A stretch of 41,113 bases of DNA from Verrucomicrobiia bacterium (GTDB taxonomy: Bacteria; Verrucomicrobiota; Verrucomicrobiia; Limisphaerales; JADJPG01): positions 1 through 41,113 of the forward strand of contig DASTLJ010000484.1 in assembly GCA_035715125.1 (NCBI GenBank), given 5' to 3'. Both the position numbers and the translations under genes were made by a program. How positions within the stretch are numbered: position 1 is the first letter of the stretch; every line of letters starts with the position of its first letter. Under the pieces are notes generated by a model. It made no database searches. It was not told where the DNA came from and saw nothing but the letters and a program-made list of their open reading frames with translations. This document shows, piece after piece, positions 25,115 to 34,127 of this stretch.

Positions 25115-26370
25115 TTCCCCGTCAGGTCGTAGCACAGCAGAATATCCTGATCGCGCAGCCACAGTTTGCCGTCCGAGACGACCGGGTGCGCCCAACTCGC
25201 TTGCTCGCTGCGGTTGGGCGGATCGAACCGGCCCTTTTCCCGGAAACCGTCGGGTGACGCTTCGATCAGCCACACCGTCCCCTTGCCTTCCTCCGCGCGG
25301 AGGATCAAATGGCCGTCGGCGTACACCACCGATCCTTTGGACGCCTTTCTTTTTTCTTCCCACGCTGCCTCGCCGGTCTTGAGATCCAGGCACACCCATC
25401 CTTTGCCCTCGGAGTGGCCGTAAATGTGGTCTCCCACGCGCAGCACGCCGCCGTGATGATTTGCCAGGGTCTTGTTGGCGTAAAGCTGCTCCGCGACGAA
25501 CTTTCCTCCAGCCGCCGTCACCTTGAATGCGTTGCAGCCGACTCCGTAGCTCGACGTCACGAACACAATCCCGTCGTGGTACACCGGAGTCGGAATCACC
25601 GCGGTTGAACCTTTCCGTGGCGCGCGCCAAAGCAGCCGCCCGTCGTCCGCGGCCACGCCGGCCACGCTGGCGTCCGTGAGCTGGATGTATTGCCGCACGC
25701 CGCCGATCTCCGCGATGATGAGCGACGAGTAATGCGCCGAGTCGGTGAATTCCTTGCTTTGCCACACTGTCGCCCCGCTTTTCTTGTCCAACGCCACAAT
25801 CGCGCCTTGCCTGCCGCCTGGCGTGACGATCACCTTGGTGCCGTCGAGCAAGGGCGATTCCGCGAAGCCCCATTCGGGCCGTTTCCCGCCGAAGTCTTTG
25901 GCGTAATCCTTCCGCCACTTCTCCGCGCCTGTTGCCGCGTCCACGCAAATGAAATCGCCCCATTGTCCGACCGCGAGGACGAGTTGGCCGTCGGTCGCCG
26001 GCGTGCAGCGCGGTCCGGCGTAGCCGCCCCAGCCTGGCGCCCCCGCCTGGCCGACCTTCGCAGACCAGAGCGGTTTGCCGTCCGCGCGATTCAACGCCAC
26101 GATGAAGCACTCCTCGCCCTTGTCGCCCATCGAGAACACCTTGTCGCTCGAGGTGGCGATGCTTGAATACCCCCCGCCCAGGCCCGTCGCTTTCCAAAGC
26201 AGTTTCGGGCCGCCGGCTGGCCATTGCTTGAGCAGGCCGGTCTCGGCCGAGCGACCGTCGCGGTTCGGCCCGCGCCACTGCGGCCAGTCGTTGGCGGCCT
26301 GGGCGACTGCGCCGAGCACAAGCAAGCCGAAACACATCGTGGAAGGTTGAAGGAGGCGTGAAATGGTCAT
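25111..26370 (-). CDS. PQQ-like beta-propeller repeat protein (BamB-like fold), secreted
   Basis: Signal peptide MTISRLLQPSTMCFGLLVLGAVAQA, then NDWPQWRGPNRDG and repeated G-x-V-Y/V-x-x-x-x-G-x-L-x-A-L-D-like blades. Confidence 0.75.
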   Translation of the reverse strand: MTISRLLQPSTMCFGLLVLGAVAQAANDWPQWRGPNRDGRSAETGLLKQWPAGGPKLLWKATGLGGGYSSIATSSDKVFSMGDKGEECFIVALNRADGKPLWSAKVGQAGAPGWGGYAGPRCTPATDGQLVLAVGQWGDFICVDAATGAEKWRKDYAKDFGGKRPEWGFAESPLLDGTKVIVTPGGRQGAIVALDKKSGATVWQSKEFTDSAHYSSLIIAEIGGVRQYIQLTDASVAGVAADDGRLLWRAPRKGSTAVIPTPVYHDGIVFVTSSYGVGCNAFKVTAAGGKFVAEQLYANKTLANHHGGVLRVGDHIYGHSEGKGWVCLDLKTGEAAWEEKRKASKGSVVYADGHLILRAEEGKGTVWLIEASPDGFREKGRFDPPNRSEQASWAHPVVSDGKLWLRDQDILLCYDLTGK

Positions 26371-26546
26371 TGAGGAGAACGGGTTATTTGGCAAATTTGC
26401 TTTCGTAGCAGACGTTGCGCTGACGTTTCTATTCGCCCGGAACGCATGTGCTGCGATGCGGCTAACCGCCGCGCTTGCCGCGCCTGTTCAGGCTTGGTCG
26501 GCGCAGAGACGGCTGCTTCAATGGTCGCGTCTCGCGCGGAAAGCCT

Positions 26547-26756
26547 GTGAGCGGAAACATCATCATCGCCAATGGCCGAGAAACGCCGGCGGAGCTGCCC
26601 TGCACGGTGGAGCAATTCCTCGTCGCGCAAGGCTTGCTGCCGCGCAGTGTGGTGGTCGAGCACAACGGCCAAGCCGTCGCGCCGTCGGAGTTTTCGCGGC
26701 GCCAGCTCAAGGCCGGCGACCGGCTGGAAGTGGTGAAGATTGTGGCGGGGGGGTGA
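26547..26756 (+). CDS. thiS: sulfur-carrier protein ThiS/MoaD-like
   Basis: 69 aa from GTG 26547: VSGNIIIANGRETPAELPCTVEQFL...VVEHNGQAVAPSEF...LKAGDRLEVVKIVAGG*, with a C-terminal GG. The track ORF start 26475 adds an Arg-rich extension. Confidence 0.7.
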   Translation: MSGNIIIANGRETPAELPCTVEQFLVAQGLLPRSVVVEHNGQAVAPSEFSRRQLKAGDRLEVVKIVAGG

Positions 26757-26771
26757 GGCGGCGGGCGGCCT

Positions 26772-27920
26772 TCAATTCACCAGCCGATACCAGTTGTCGC
26801 GTTGCCGCGGCTCGTAACCGAGATCGCGGATGAGCCGCTGCATGTCGGCCACGCCCATGCGGAACGTCGTCCCTGCCTGGCTCACGACGTTCTCTTCGAT
26901 CATGATGCTCCCGAGATCATTGGCGCCATACTTCAACGCGATCTGTCCGATCTCCTGCCCTTGGGTCACCCACGAGCTTTGGATGTTCGGGATGTTGTCC
27001 AGGTAGATGCGCGAGAGGGCCTGCGTCCGCAGGTATTCGTGCGCGCCAACCGTCGGCGCCTTGAGCATCGTGTGCTCGGCCTGAAACGTCCACGCGATGA
27101 AGGCGGTGAACGCTCCACCGTTGGGCTTCGGTGCAATCGGCAATTGGCCATCGGCCATCGGCAATCTACCCAGCGACTTGTCCTGCTGAGCGCGGACCAC
27201 CTCAAGATGCTCGATGCGGTCCTCGACCGTCTCGAGGTGGCCGAACATCATCGTTGCCGTGCTCGCCAGGCCCAGCCGGTGCGCGGTGTCCATCACGCCC
27301 ATCCATTCGGCCGTCATCGCCTTGAGCGGCGCGATGCGTTTGCGCACGCGGTCGACGAGAATCTCCCCGCCACCGCCAGGGATGGAGCCCAGCCCCGCGC
27401 TCACGAAGTCGCGGATAATCTGTTCCACCGGCTCGCCAAAGAATTCCTGGAACGCGACGAATTCGCTGGGGCTGAAGCCGTGAATGTTCACCTGTGGGAA
27501 CTTCTCTTTGATGTGCGCGAGCAGGTCGAGATACCACTGCTTGGTCAGCTTGGGATGATGCCCGCCCTGCATGAGGATCTGCGTGCCGCCCAGCGCGACC
27601 GTTTCCTCGATTTTCCGGTCCATCTCCTCGTGCGAAATGACGTAGGCGTCGGCGTCCTTCTCCGTCCGGTAGAACGCGCAGAACTTGCAGTAAACATTGC
27701 AGACGTTCGTGTAGTTGACGTTGCGGTCGACGATGTAGGTGACGATGCCGTTGCCGCGGCCATCGTAAGCGGTCTGCTTCGCGATCTGGCGCCGCCGATC
27801 CGCCAGCGCGCCCAATTCCTCCAGCGGCAGCCGATAAAGCTGCAACGCCTCGGCCTGGCTGATGCGCCCGCCGTCCCAAACCTTCTGGAGCAAGGAGTCG
27901 AGTGACGCGTCGTGAATCAC
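26772..27920 (-). CDS. radical SAM enzyme of the futalosine menaquinone pathway (MqnC/MqnE family)
   Basis: VNYTNVCNVYCKFCAFYR is the CxxxCxxC cluster in CofH/MqnC/MqnE context. GGTQILMQGGHHP. 382 aa. I cannot separate MqnC from MqnE by eye. Confidence 0.75.
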   Translation of the reverse strand: MIHDASLDSLLQKVWDGGRISQAEALQLYRLPLEELGALADRRRQIAKQTAYDGRGNGIVTYIVDRNVNYTNVCNVYCKFCAFYRTEKDADAYVISHEEMDRKIEETVALGGTQILMQGGHHPKLTKQWYLDLLAHIKEKFPQVNIHGFSPSEFVAFQEFFGEPVEQIIRDFVSAGLGSIPGGGGEILVDRVRKRIAPLKAMTAEWMGVMDTAHRLGLASTATMMFGHLETVEDRIEHLEVVRAQQDKSLGRLPMADGQLPIAPKPNGGAFTAFIAWTFQAEHTMLKAPTVGAHEYLRTQALSRIYLDNIPNIQSSWVTQGQEIGQIALKYGANDLGSIMIEENVVSQAGTTFRMGVADMQRLIRDLGYEPRQRDNWYRLVN

Positions 27921-27986
27921 GATGACAATGTTACCGGAAGACGATGGGCAAACAAGCGTCGGCTTCCAATCCGGCGGCGCGCCAAA

Positions 27987-28088
27987 GTAGGGCAGGCGTC
28001 TCGCCTGCCCAGCCGCGCTGAAAGGCGCGGCATTCGTACCACCTAGGCCTCGCTTCGCTCGGCCGGGCAGGCGAGACGCCCGCCCTAC
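27987..28088. repeat. 102-bp MITE-like element, copy 2
   Basis: gtagggcaggcgtctcgcctgccc ... gggcaggcgagacgcccgccctac. Same orientation and length as copy 1. Confidence 0.9.
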
Positions 28089-28249
28089 GTTGGCGGTTCA
28101 TAAGTGGACTGAACAAGCGTCCCCCTGCTCCGTACTCGTCGCGTCGAACCCTGAATCATCCTCCCTCGCCGCTCGTCATTCCTCATGCACACGCTGGCGC
28201 AATTCAACGCTGGCCTGGCCTTTGCCGGCGTGCTAGAAATCACGACACG

Positions 28250-29683
28250 ATGAACTGCCAGTCGCATCTTTATCGCGGACAGGATCCGCGGCTTGTCAGC
28301 CGCCGTTGGTTTTTCGAGCAGTGCGGCGTTGGCCTCGGCGCCCTCGCGCTCGGCTCGCTTTTGCGCCAGAACGGTTTCGCGTCGCCCGCGATGGCGAACC
28401 CGCTCGCGCTCAAGCAGCCGCACTTCGCCCCGAAGGCCAAACGCGTCATCTACCTGTTCATGGCCGGCGCGCCGAGCCACCTCGAATTGTTCGACAACAA
28501 ACCGGAGTTGGCGAAGTGGGACGGCAAGCTGCCCCCGCCCGATCTGTTGAAAGGCTATCGCGCCGCGTTCATCACCCCGAACTCCGCGCTGCTCGGGCCG
28601 AAGTTCAAGTTTGCCCGCCACGGCCAGTGCGGCGTGGAACTCTCCGAACTGCTCCCCCACCTGGCGGACGTCGCGGATGACGTCGCCATCGTCAAGTCGA
28701 TGGTCACCGACGCCTTCAACCACGCGCCCGGCCAAATCATGATGAACACCGGCTCGCAGATGTTCGGCCGGCCCAGCCTCGGCGCGTGGGCGACCTACGG
28801 GCTGGGGAGCGAGTCGAACGACCTGCCCGCCTTCGTCGTCTTCAGCACGGGCGGCAAGGGGACCAGCGGCGGCTCCTCGAACTGGGGCGCCGGATTCCTG
28901 CCGTCCGTCCATCAGGGCACGCTCTTCCGCAACACCGGCGAGCCTGTCCTTTATCTCTCGAACCCCAAGGGCATCGACGACCAGGCCCAGCGCGATTCGC
29001 TCGACACGATTGAGAAGCTCAACCGGCGCCGCCTCAGCCTCGTCGGCGATCCCGAGATCGCCACACGGATCAGTTCCTACGAGATGGCCTACCGCATGCA
29101 AACGAGCGCGCCCGATCTGATCGACGTGTCGAAGGAGCCGAAGCATATCCTCGACATGTACGGCGTCGAAGCGGGCAAGGCCAATTACGCCAGCGCCTGC
29201 CTGCTCGCCCGCCGGCTCGTCGAACGCGGCGTGCGCTTCGTGCAGATTTTCCACGAGTCGTGGGACCAGCACGGCAACCTCGTCGCCGACCTCAAGAAAA
29301 ACTGCAAGAACACCGACCAGGCCAGCGCCGCGCTCGTGACGGACCTCAAGCAGCGCGGTCTGCTCGACGACACGCTGGTCATCTGGGGCGGCGAATTCGG
29401 CCGCACGCCCATGGTGCAGGGAGGCAATGACGGTCGCGATCATCATCCCAACTGTTTCAGCTATTGGCTGGCCGGCGGCGGTGTGAAGCCCGGCTCGACG
29501 CTGGGCGAATCCGACCAGTTCGGTTTCAACGCCACGCGGGATCGCGTCCACGTCCACGACCTGCACGCGACGATTCTGCACCTGCTCGGCTTCGACCACA
29601 CCAAGCTCATCTACCGCTTCCAGGGCCGCGATTTCCGCCTCACCGACGTGCACGGGGAAGTGGTGACGAAGCTGCTGGCGTGA
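28250..29683 (+). CDS. DUF1501 domain protein (sulfatase-fold, Tat signal)
   Basis: Tat-like [50 protein letters not shown]. 477 aa. Family typical of Planctomycetes and Verrucomicrobia. Confidence 0.85.
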   Translation: MNCQSHLYRGQDPRLVSRRWFFEQCGVGLGALALGSLLRQNGFASPAMANPLALKQPHFAPKAKRVIYLFMAGAPSHLELFDNKPELAKWDGKLPPPDLLKGYRAAFITPNSALLGPKFKFARHGQCGVELSELLPHLADVADDVAIVKSMVTDAFNHAPGQIMMNTGSQMFGRPSLGAWATYGLGSESNDLPAFVVFSTGGKGTSGGSSNWGAGFLPSVHQGTLFRNTGEPVLYLSNPKGIDDQAQRDSLDTIEKLNRRRLSLVGDPEIATRISSYEMAYRMQTSAPDLIDVSKEPKHILDMYGVEAGKANYASACLLARRLVERGVRFVQIFHESWDQHGNLVADLKKNCKNTDQASAALVTDLKQRGLLDDTLVIWGGEFGRTPMVQGGNDGRDHHPNCFSYWLAGGGVKPGSTLGESDQFGFNATRDRVHVHDLHATILHLLGFDHTKLIYRFQGRDFRLTDVHGEVVTKLLA

Positions 29684-29794
29684 AGCGGAGTGCCAAGCCG
29701 GAGCTCGGCGCTCCAGCCTGGTTAAAGGGGCCGATGCAGCGCTTGACGCTGACCCGACAGCGTGGAACATGGCAGCATGAGAAAGAAAGATGAC

Positions 29795-30211
29795 ATGGGT
29801 AGAATCATTCAGAAAGCCAAACTGACCAACAGTGGCGATCTGGCCGCGGTGCGCGAGGGACGAATCAAGCCGGGCAAGGTCCGCTCCGTCGAGGTGGAAC
29901 TCCTGGTGGACACTGGGGCGGCCATGTTGTGCCTTACGCCAAAAGTCATTGGGCAACTCGGACTTCACAAGATTAACGAGCGCGAAGTCATCACCGCCAA
30001 CGGCATCGTCACTCGCGCGGTTTACGAGCCCGTCCTGATTCAGATCTTGGATCGCGAAGCGAACATCGACGTCATGGAAGTCCCCACCGGCACGCCCGGG
30101 CTGCTCGGCTATCTTCCCCTCGAAGCGCTTGACCTCTATCCCAATCCCAAGAAGCGCACTCTGGAAGGCAACCCCGCCTACGACGGCAAGATGGTCGTGG
30201 ACCTGCTCTGA
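29795..30211 (+). CDS. retropepsin-like (clan AA) aspartic protease
   Basis: VELLVDTGAAMLCL contains the DTGA catalytic motif in a ~138-aa protein. Alternative starts at ATG 29777 and GTG 29762. Confidence 0.7.
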   Translation: MGRIIQKAKLTNSGDLAAVREGRIKPGKVRSVEVELLVDTGAAMLCLTPKVIGQLGLHKINEREVITANGIVTRAVYEPVLIQILDREANIDVMEVPTGTPGLLGYLPLEALDLYPNPKKRTLEGNPAYDGKMVVDLL

Positions 30212-30212
30212 A

Positions 30213-30365
30213 CAGTTGGGCCTGCGGCGCAAAGAGGAACCGGGACCAAGTGAAGATCGCGCAGCGATGAAGTGTGAGACGACGATAATGCTGGGCTGGA
30301 TCGCCCGTCGGCTGAACCAGGGTGCGACCGGCTACGCGGCCAACCATCTGCGGCAGGCGTCATGA
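30213..30365 (+). pseudogene. C-terminal fragment of an IS200-like/REP-associated tyrosine transposase-type protein (DnaA-like HTH tail)
   Basis: The frame of ORF 30129..30365 reads ...EQLGLRRKEEPGPSEDRAAMKCETTIMLGWIARRLNQGATGYAANHLRQAS*. This resembles the recalled C-terminal tail (RK.DP.K..IA..LR.ETTMTL.WIA.RL.MG....V..LL) of PVC IS200-like transposases. No catalytic domain lies upstream. Confidence 0.45.
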
Positions 30366-30486
30366 AGCCAATATGCGAACATGCGGTACTAACCGTTTTC
30401 CACATGATGCTATTCGCGCGTGCAAGTATCGTCGCGCGGCAGCAAGCGGGCGCTGCATACGAACGGATCGCATCAACGGGGACGGC

Positions 30487-30933
30487 TTGTCACGTTTAGT
30501 GGCAAGTGCGCTAGCGCTGAGTTCGGCGCTTTTCATTACGGGTTGTGATAGTCCCTATGCTGGTTGTGTGATCGGCTCAAAGTCCAAGCCTGGCGGTACC
30601 AACCAGTATTGTTACGTCGTACAGAATGTTAGGTCCAACGATTCTGGCCTCATGCCGTTGTGCGGCATTATCTGGATTTCGTCCCACCAAGGAGAGGTAA
30701 GTACCAGTGGCAATCGCATTACTTCAATCCATGGTAATCGCGTATCGATCAAGCCTGGAGTGTGTCGCATTTATGCCTTACTCCCGGATTACCGATTAGA
30801 AGCCATTGAAATGGCCAACCCGGAGATCGATCAGGTATTTGCTTTCCTGTTATCGACTAATAATCAAGCAACGGAATCAGACATCTGGAGGACAAACGTA
30901 GAGAGACGCCTCCACTTTATTAATCCTCCATGA
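30487..30933 (+). CDS. lipoprotein, hypothetical, in a low-G+C segment
   Basis: A TTG 30487 start gives M/LSRLVASALALSSALFITGC (lipobox ITGC). Alternative ATG 30373. Three hand-counted 60-nt lines gave 42-50% G+C, against 70% in a typical coding line (5401-5460). Confidence 0.55.
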   Translation: MSRLVASALALSSALFITGCDSPYAGCVIGSKSKPGGTNQYCYVVQNVRSNDSGLMPLCGIIWISSHQGEVSTSGNRITSIHGNRVSIKPGVCRIYALLPDYRLEAIEMANPEIDQVFAFLLSTNNQATESDIWRTNVERRLHFINPP

Positions 30934-30973
30934 AAACCCAGCCCCGCGCATGCGCCTTTCTGGCGCCTTCTCT

Positions 30974-31074
30974 CAGGGCCGAAGGCCTGCAAGGTGATAG
31001 CCTGGGCTGGAGCGAGCAGCGCGAGCGCAGGCCCAGGTGAGGTATCCCGAAATTGCCCGGAGGCCTGAAAGGCC
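30974..31074. repeat. degenerate hairpin-rich REP-like remnant
   Basis: cagggccgaaggcctg, agcctgggc...gcccaggt and ggcctgaaaggcc stems. The reverse translation (..FRPFRPPGNFGIPHLGLRSRCSLQPRLSPCRPSAL..) resembles recalled REP-derived pseudo-peptides of PVC genomes. Confidence 0.4.
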
Positions 31075-31168
31075 GAAACAATGCGCTGGCGGGACGTGCT
31101 GGCCCGAATTCTCCTGGTTCCAAAGAAGCGGCCTTGCTTGCCACGGCTGCGAGGTGGATACTTGGCCT

Positions 31169-31555
31169 ATGAGTGCCGACACTGCGACCGCGCTGCGCGC
31201 CGAGCCATTCGATTTGTCGGCTGGCCTCGCCACGCGCCTGCTCCGTTACTTCAAAGCGCAAGTCGAAGACTGGTACGACGCATGCCGCCATCTCCCCAAC
31301 TGGGAAGACCGGCATTTGTTGGACCATCCCACGCCTGAGCGACTGGCCGACCATACGCGGCTCGTGGATGAATTGGAGCGCGTGGGTCGCTGGCTGTCGC
31401 TGACCGCCCAAAGTCCGGACTTCCCGGACCGGGCCACCGCCGACCTGATTGCCAGCACTCTCCAAGACCTGAAAGACGCCCGCGCGCTCTGGCACGGACA
31501 GATGAGCGAAGCCCGCCGCGCCGAAATCCGCCGCAGCGTCTTCCATGAGTCCTGA
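31169..31555 (+). CDS. hypothetical protein (128 aa, helical, acidic)
   Basis: MSADTATALRAEPFDLSAG...; G/C third-position bias. Overlaps the next ORF by 11 nt. Confidence 0.5.
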   Translation: MSADTATALRAEPFDLSAGLATRLLRYFKAQVEDWYDACRHLPNWEDRHLLDHPTPERLADHTRLVDELERVGRWLSLTAQSPDFPDRATADLIASTLQDLKDARALWHGQMSEARRAEIRRSVFHES

Positions 31556-31769
31556 GCTGGAGCGGCTCCTCGAGGCCCTGCACGAAAAGCGGTCGTGCCC
31601 GCCGGAGGAGAAGCCGCACCGCCTGGCCACGTTCGAGCGACTGCTGCAAGAGGCCCTCGCGCGCCAGCCCGGCCTCAGCCGCGACGAATTGCTTGAGGCG
31701 ATCCAAGTTCGCTATGAGGAATTCCGCCGCTCCCGTCGCAAACCCACCACCCTGCCGCCCAAGGCGTGA
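31545..31769 (+). CDS. hypothetical protein (74 aa, helical)
   Basis: MSPELERLLEALHEKRSCPPEEKPHRLATFERLLQEAL.... ATG lies inside the last codons of the upstream ORF. Confidence 0.45.
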   Translation: MSPELERLLEALHEKRSCPPEEKPHRLATFERLLQEALARQPGLSRDELLEAIQVRYEEFRRSRRKPTTLPPKA

Positions 31770-31803
31770 CGGAAACGGAATCGGGTCAGAAAACGAACAG
31801 GCT

Positions 31804-33909
31804 CTACGTCTCGGCTGGGGCCGGCAGACCTCGTGTCAACCGTCCCGCGATCCAGGTCTCCATCACCAGCACCACGAGCGCCGTGGCCAGCAGCCAGCGC
31901 CACAGTTTCTGGCGCTGTTCGAGGTCCGCGGCGTGGAGTCTTGCTCGGGCGGCGGCTTGCGCCGCGACGACGGGCGGCGGGGTCTTCAAGGGCACTCCGA
32001 GCCGGTCGAGGTTTTCGAGCAGCATCGGATCGGTGCGGCTTTCGGTTGGATCGAGGTTCACCGAAAAGCGTTGAGTGACCGAACCGGAGAAAACTGTGTA
32101 GACGCCCGGCAATTCCGTTTCAGTGAAGCGGTTTCCGGAGGCGGTCGGCGCCTGGCGGCCATCGGGGCGGCGCACGAGCGTCGGCGTCGCGGCGTTTGTC
32201 GGGCCGAGCGGGACGGAGTCGCCCACGATGAACTGACTGGTCTGCGAGCTCGTGGCGCCGGACAGCTCCAGCATCGAGTAGAGCAACGGCACGAACTTTG
32301 TCGACAGCGCAAGCTGGCTGTCGGCCGGCGCCCAGCCCGCCGTGAAGAGCAGAAGCGAGCCGCGGCCCGCAGGCACCTGGATGATTGCGGGGTCGCCCTT
32401 ATCGAACTTCGCCAGCACCCGCGCGCCAGGCAACGCGCCCGCGTCGACGCGGCGGTGTTTCCAGAAATGTATCTTCGCGAAGTCGCTGAAGCGAGGATCG
32501 GCGAATGGCGCAAAGAGCGGATGCTGAAAGTCGATTTGCCCCAGCAGCGCGTAGCCGTCAGCCGGGGCTTCCTCGGCAGGAACCGTTCCGACGCCGGCCA
32601 CTGCCGCCAGCGTCTCCGCCAGGGCGGGCGATTTCATTACGAACAGGGCGGTGGCCCCATTGGTCACCGCGGAGCGCAGGCGGCTAGCTTCCTCCGGTCC
32701 GAGTGGATCGCTCACGACGAGCAACGGCACGGGCTCGCTCTCGCGCGGCAGCAGCGGCGCGTTGGCCGGCCGCACGACGACGCGCAGCGCCCGGCGCCGC
32801 GTTTCCTGAAACGCGCGCCGGATGTAATAGAGCAACTGCGCCGGGTCCTTCTCGTCATCGCGCCCGAGGAACAGCACGTTCACCTGTTCCGGATCGGCGG
32901 TGGTGACGAACGCCGTGTTGTCGAAATCCTCGTCATCGCCCACGAGCAGCAAACGGTCCGCGGGCGAATTCGTCGGCGCTCTTGGCGCGGTCAACGCCCG
33001 GCTCTGGCCCGGCGGCACGTAGAGATCGACTGGCGCGCCCGCGAATTCCCTCGAGCCCGGCCGCGCCCAGCCCAGCCGGAACTGTTCGCGCTTCGAGCTG
33101 GCGGCCGAAGTGACTCGCACGTGCAGTTCCTCGTCGCCCGCGAATTTCTCGGATTCGTCACGGCTGGTGACGAGTTGCAGCCCCGCGTTAGTGGGGCGCC
33201 TGGCCTTGACCGGTTCGAGCACGACCTCGAGGCCGCGCGGCCACTCGAAGCCTTGGAGCCCCTCGACGTGCGCGCCCTCCTGCAAGTCCGTGACGACGAC
33301 TATCCGCCGTGCGGCTGGAGTGGCTGCCGGGCCGGTGGTCTGTTCCTCGAGCAGTTCGACGGCGTTGAGCAATGCGTGGCCCAGGTGCGTCCCGCCCCAA
33401 CCCGGAGTTACTTCACCGAGCCGCTGCGAGGCCAGCGCGGCGCGGTCGCCCGGCGATGCGGACGCCCATTGCTCGAAGTTCACGAGCGTGCGCGAACTTT
33501 GGTCGAACACCACCAGCATCACCGCGTCGACCGGACTTGCGCCCCGCAGCACGCGCTCGGCTCGCGACCGGGCGTCGGCCCACAGGCCTTCGCGCCGCAT
33601 GCTCGCGCTGAGATCGACCAGGACAACGACGCGCGAGCCGGCGCCGGCCGCCGGGTCGGCCGAAAGGGGCCGCTGGAGGAACGGCCGCGCGAATCCCAGC
33701 GCCAGCAGGCAGAGCACAAGGCAGCGGAGCAGCAGAAGAAAAATGTGCTCCAGCCGGCTCTTGCGCGTCATGCGCGGGGGCGTCTGCTGAAGAAACATCA
33801 GCGAGCTGAAGGTGATCTTCTCCCGCGACGTGCGGCGGATGAGATGGAAGAGGACCGGCAGCGCGAGCGCCGCCGCGCCGAGAAGGAAGAGCGGCGCCAG
33901 GAAACTCAT
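31804..33909 (-). CDS. BatA_N (aerotolerance-regulator N-terminal double-TM) + von Willebrand factor A domain protein
   Basis: MSFLAPLFLLGAAALALPVLFHLIRR...LLLLRCLVLCLLALGFARPFL is the BatA N-terminal domain. VVVLVDLSASM is the MIDAS DxSxS motif. C-terminal TM WLLATALVVLVMETW. Confidence 0.8.
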   Translation of the reverse strand: MSFLAPLFLLGAAALALPVLFHLIRRTSREKITFSSLMFLQQTPPRMTRKSRLEHIFLLLLRCLVLCLLALGFARPFLQRPLSADPAAGAGSRVVVLVDLSASMRREGLWADARSRAERVLRGASPVDAVMLVVFDQSSRTLVNFEQWASASPGDRAALASQRLGEVTPGWGGTHLGHALLNAVELLEEQTTGPAATPAARRIVVVTDLQEGAHVEGLQGFEWPRGLEVVLEPVKARRPTNAGLQLVTSRDESEKFAGDEELHVRVTSAASSKREQFRLGWARPGSREFAGAPVDLYVPPGQSRALTAPRAPTNSPADRLLLVGDDEDFDNTAFVTTADPEQVNVLFLGRDDEKDPAQLLYYIRRAFQETRRRALRVVVRPANAPLLPRESEPVPLLVVSDPLGPEEASRLRSAVTNGATALFVMKSPALAETLAAVAGVGTVPAEEAPADGYALLGQIDFQHPLFAPFADPRFSDFAKIHFWKHRRVDAGALPGARVLAKFDKGDPAIIQVPAGRGSLLLFTAGWAPADSQLALSTKFVPLLYSMLELSGATSSQTSQFIVGDSVPLGPTNAATPTLVRRPDGRQAPTASGNRFTETELPGVYTVFSGSVTQRFSVNLDPTESRTDPMLLENLDRLGVPLKTPPPVVAAQAAARARLHAADLEQRQKLWRWLLATALVVLVMETWIAGRLTRGLPAPAET

Positions 33910-34127
33910 GGCGTGACGCCAAGGGCCGGTTTATCGGACTTCACGCCCTTGCGCCGGGCATGGTCCACCATGTCGGCGATGTAGGCCTTGCGTTCGGCCA
34001 GGGGCAGGAAGTTGACCCGCGCCATCTCCTCGCCGAAGGCGCGGACGTGGAATTCGTACTCCACGCGGCGAAGGTGTTCCAACACCTCCGGGGTCAGCCA
34101 ATCGGGTTTCTGCGTGGGTTCGTTCAC
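33906..34127 (-). CDS. hypothetical small protein (73 aa)
   Basis: GTG start (complement of 34125-34127) overlaps the upstream TGA (GTGA). Its own TGA overlaps the BatA-VWA ATG (ATGA at 33906-33909). VNEPTQKPDWLTPEVLEHLRRVEYEFHVRAFGEEMARVNFLPL.... The rest of track ORF 33906..34682 looks like off-frame junk. Confidence 0.45.
   Translation of the reverse strand: MNEPTQKPDWLTPEVLEHLRRVEYEFHVRAFGEEMARVNFLPLAERKAYIADMVDHARRKGVKSDKPALGVTP

Noticed and set aside
26395-26546. Possible TPP riboswitch in front of thiS.
   Set aside because: The conserved CUGAGA and ACCUGAUCUGGAUAAUGCCAGCG-type cores are not present in either orientation.
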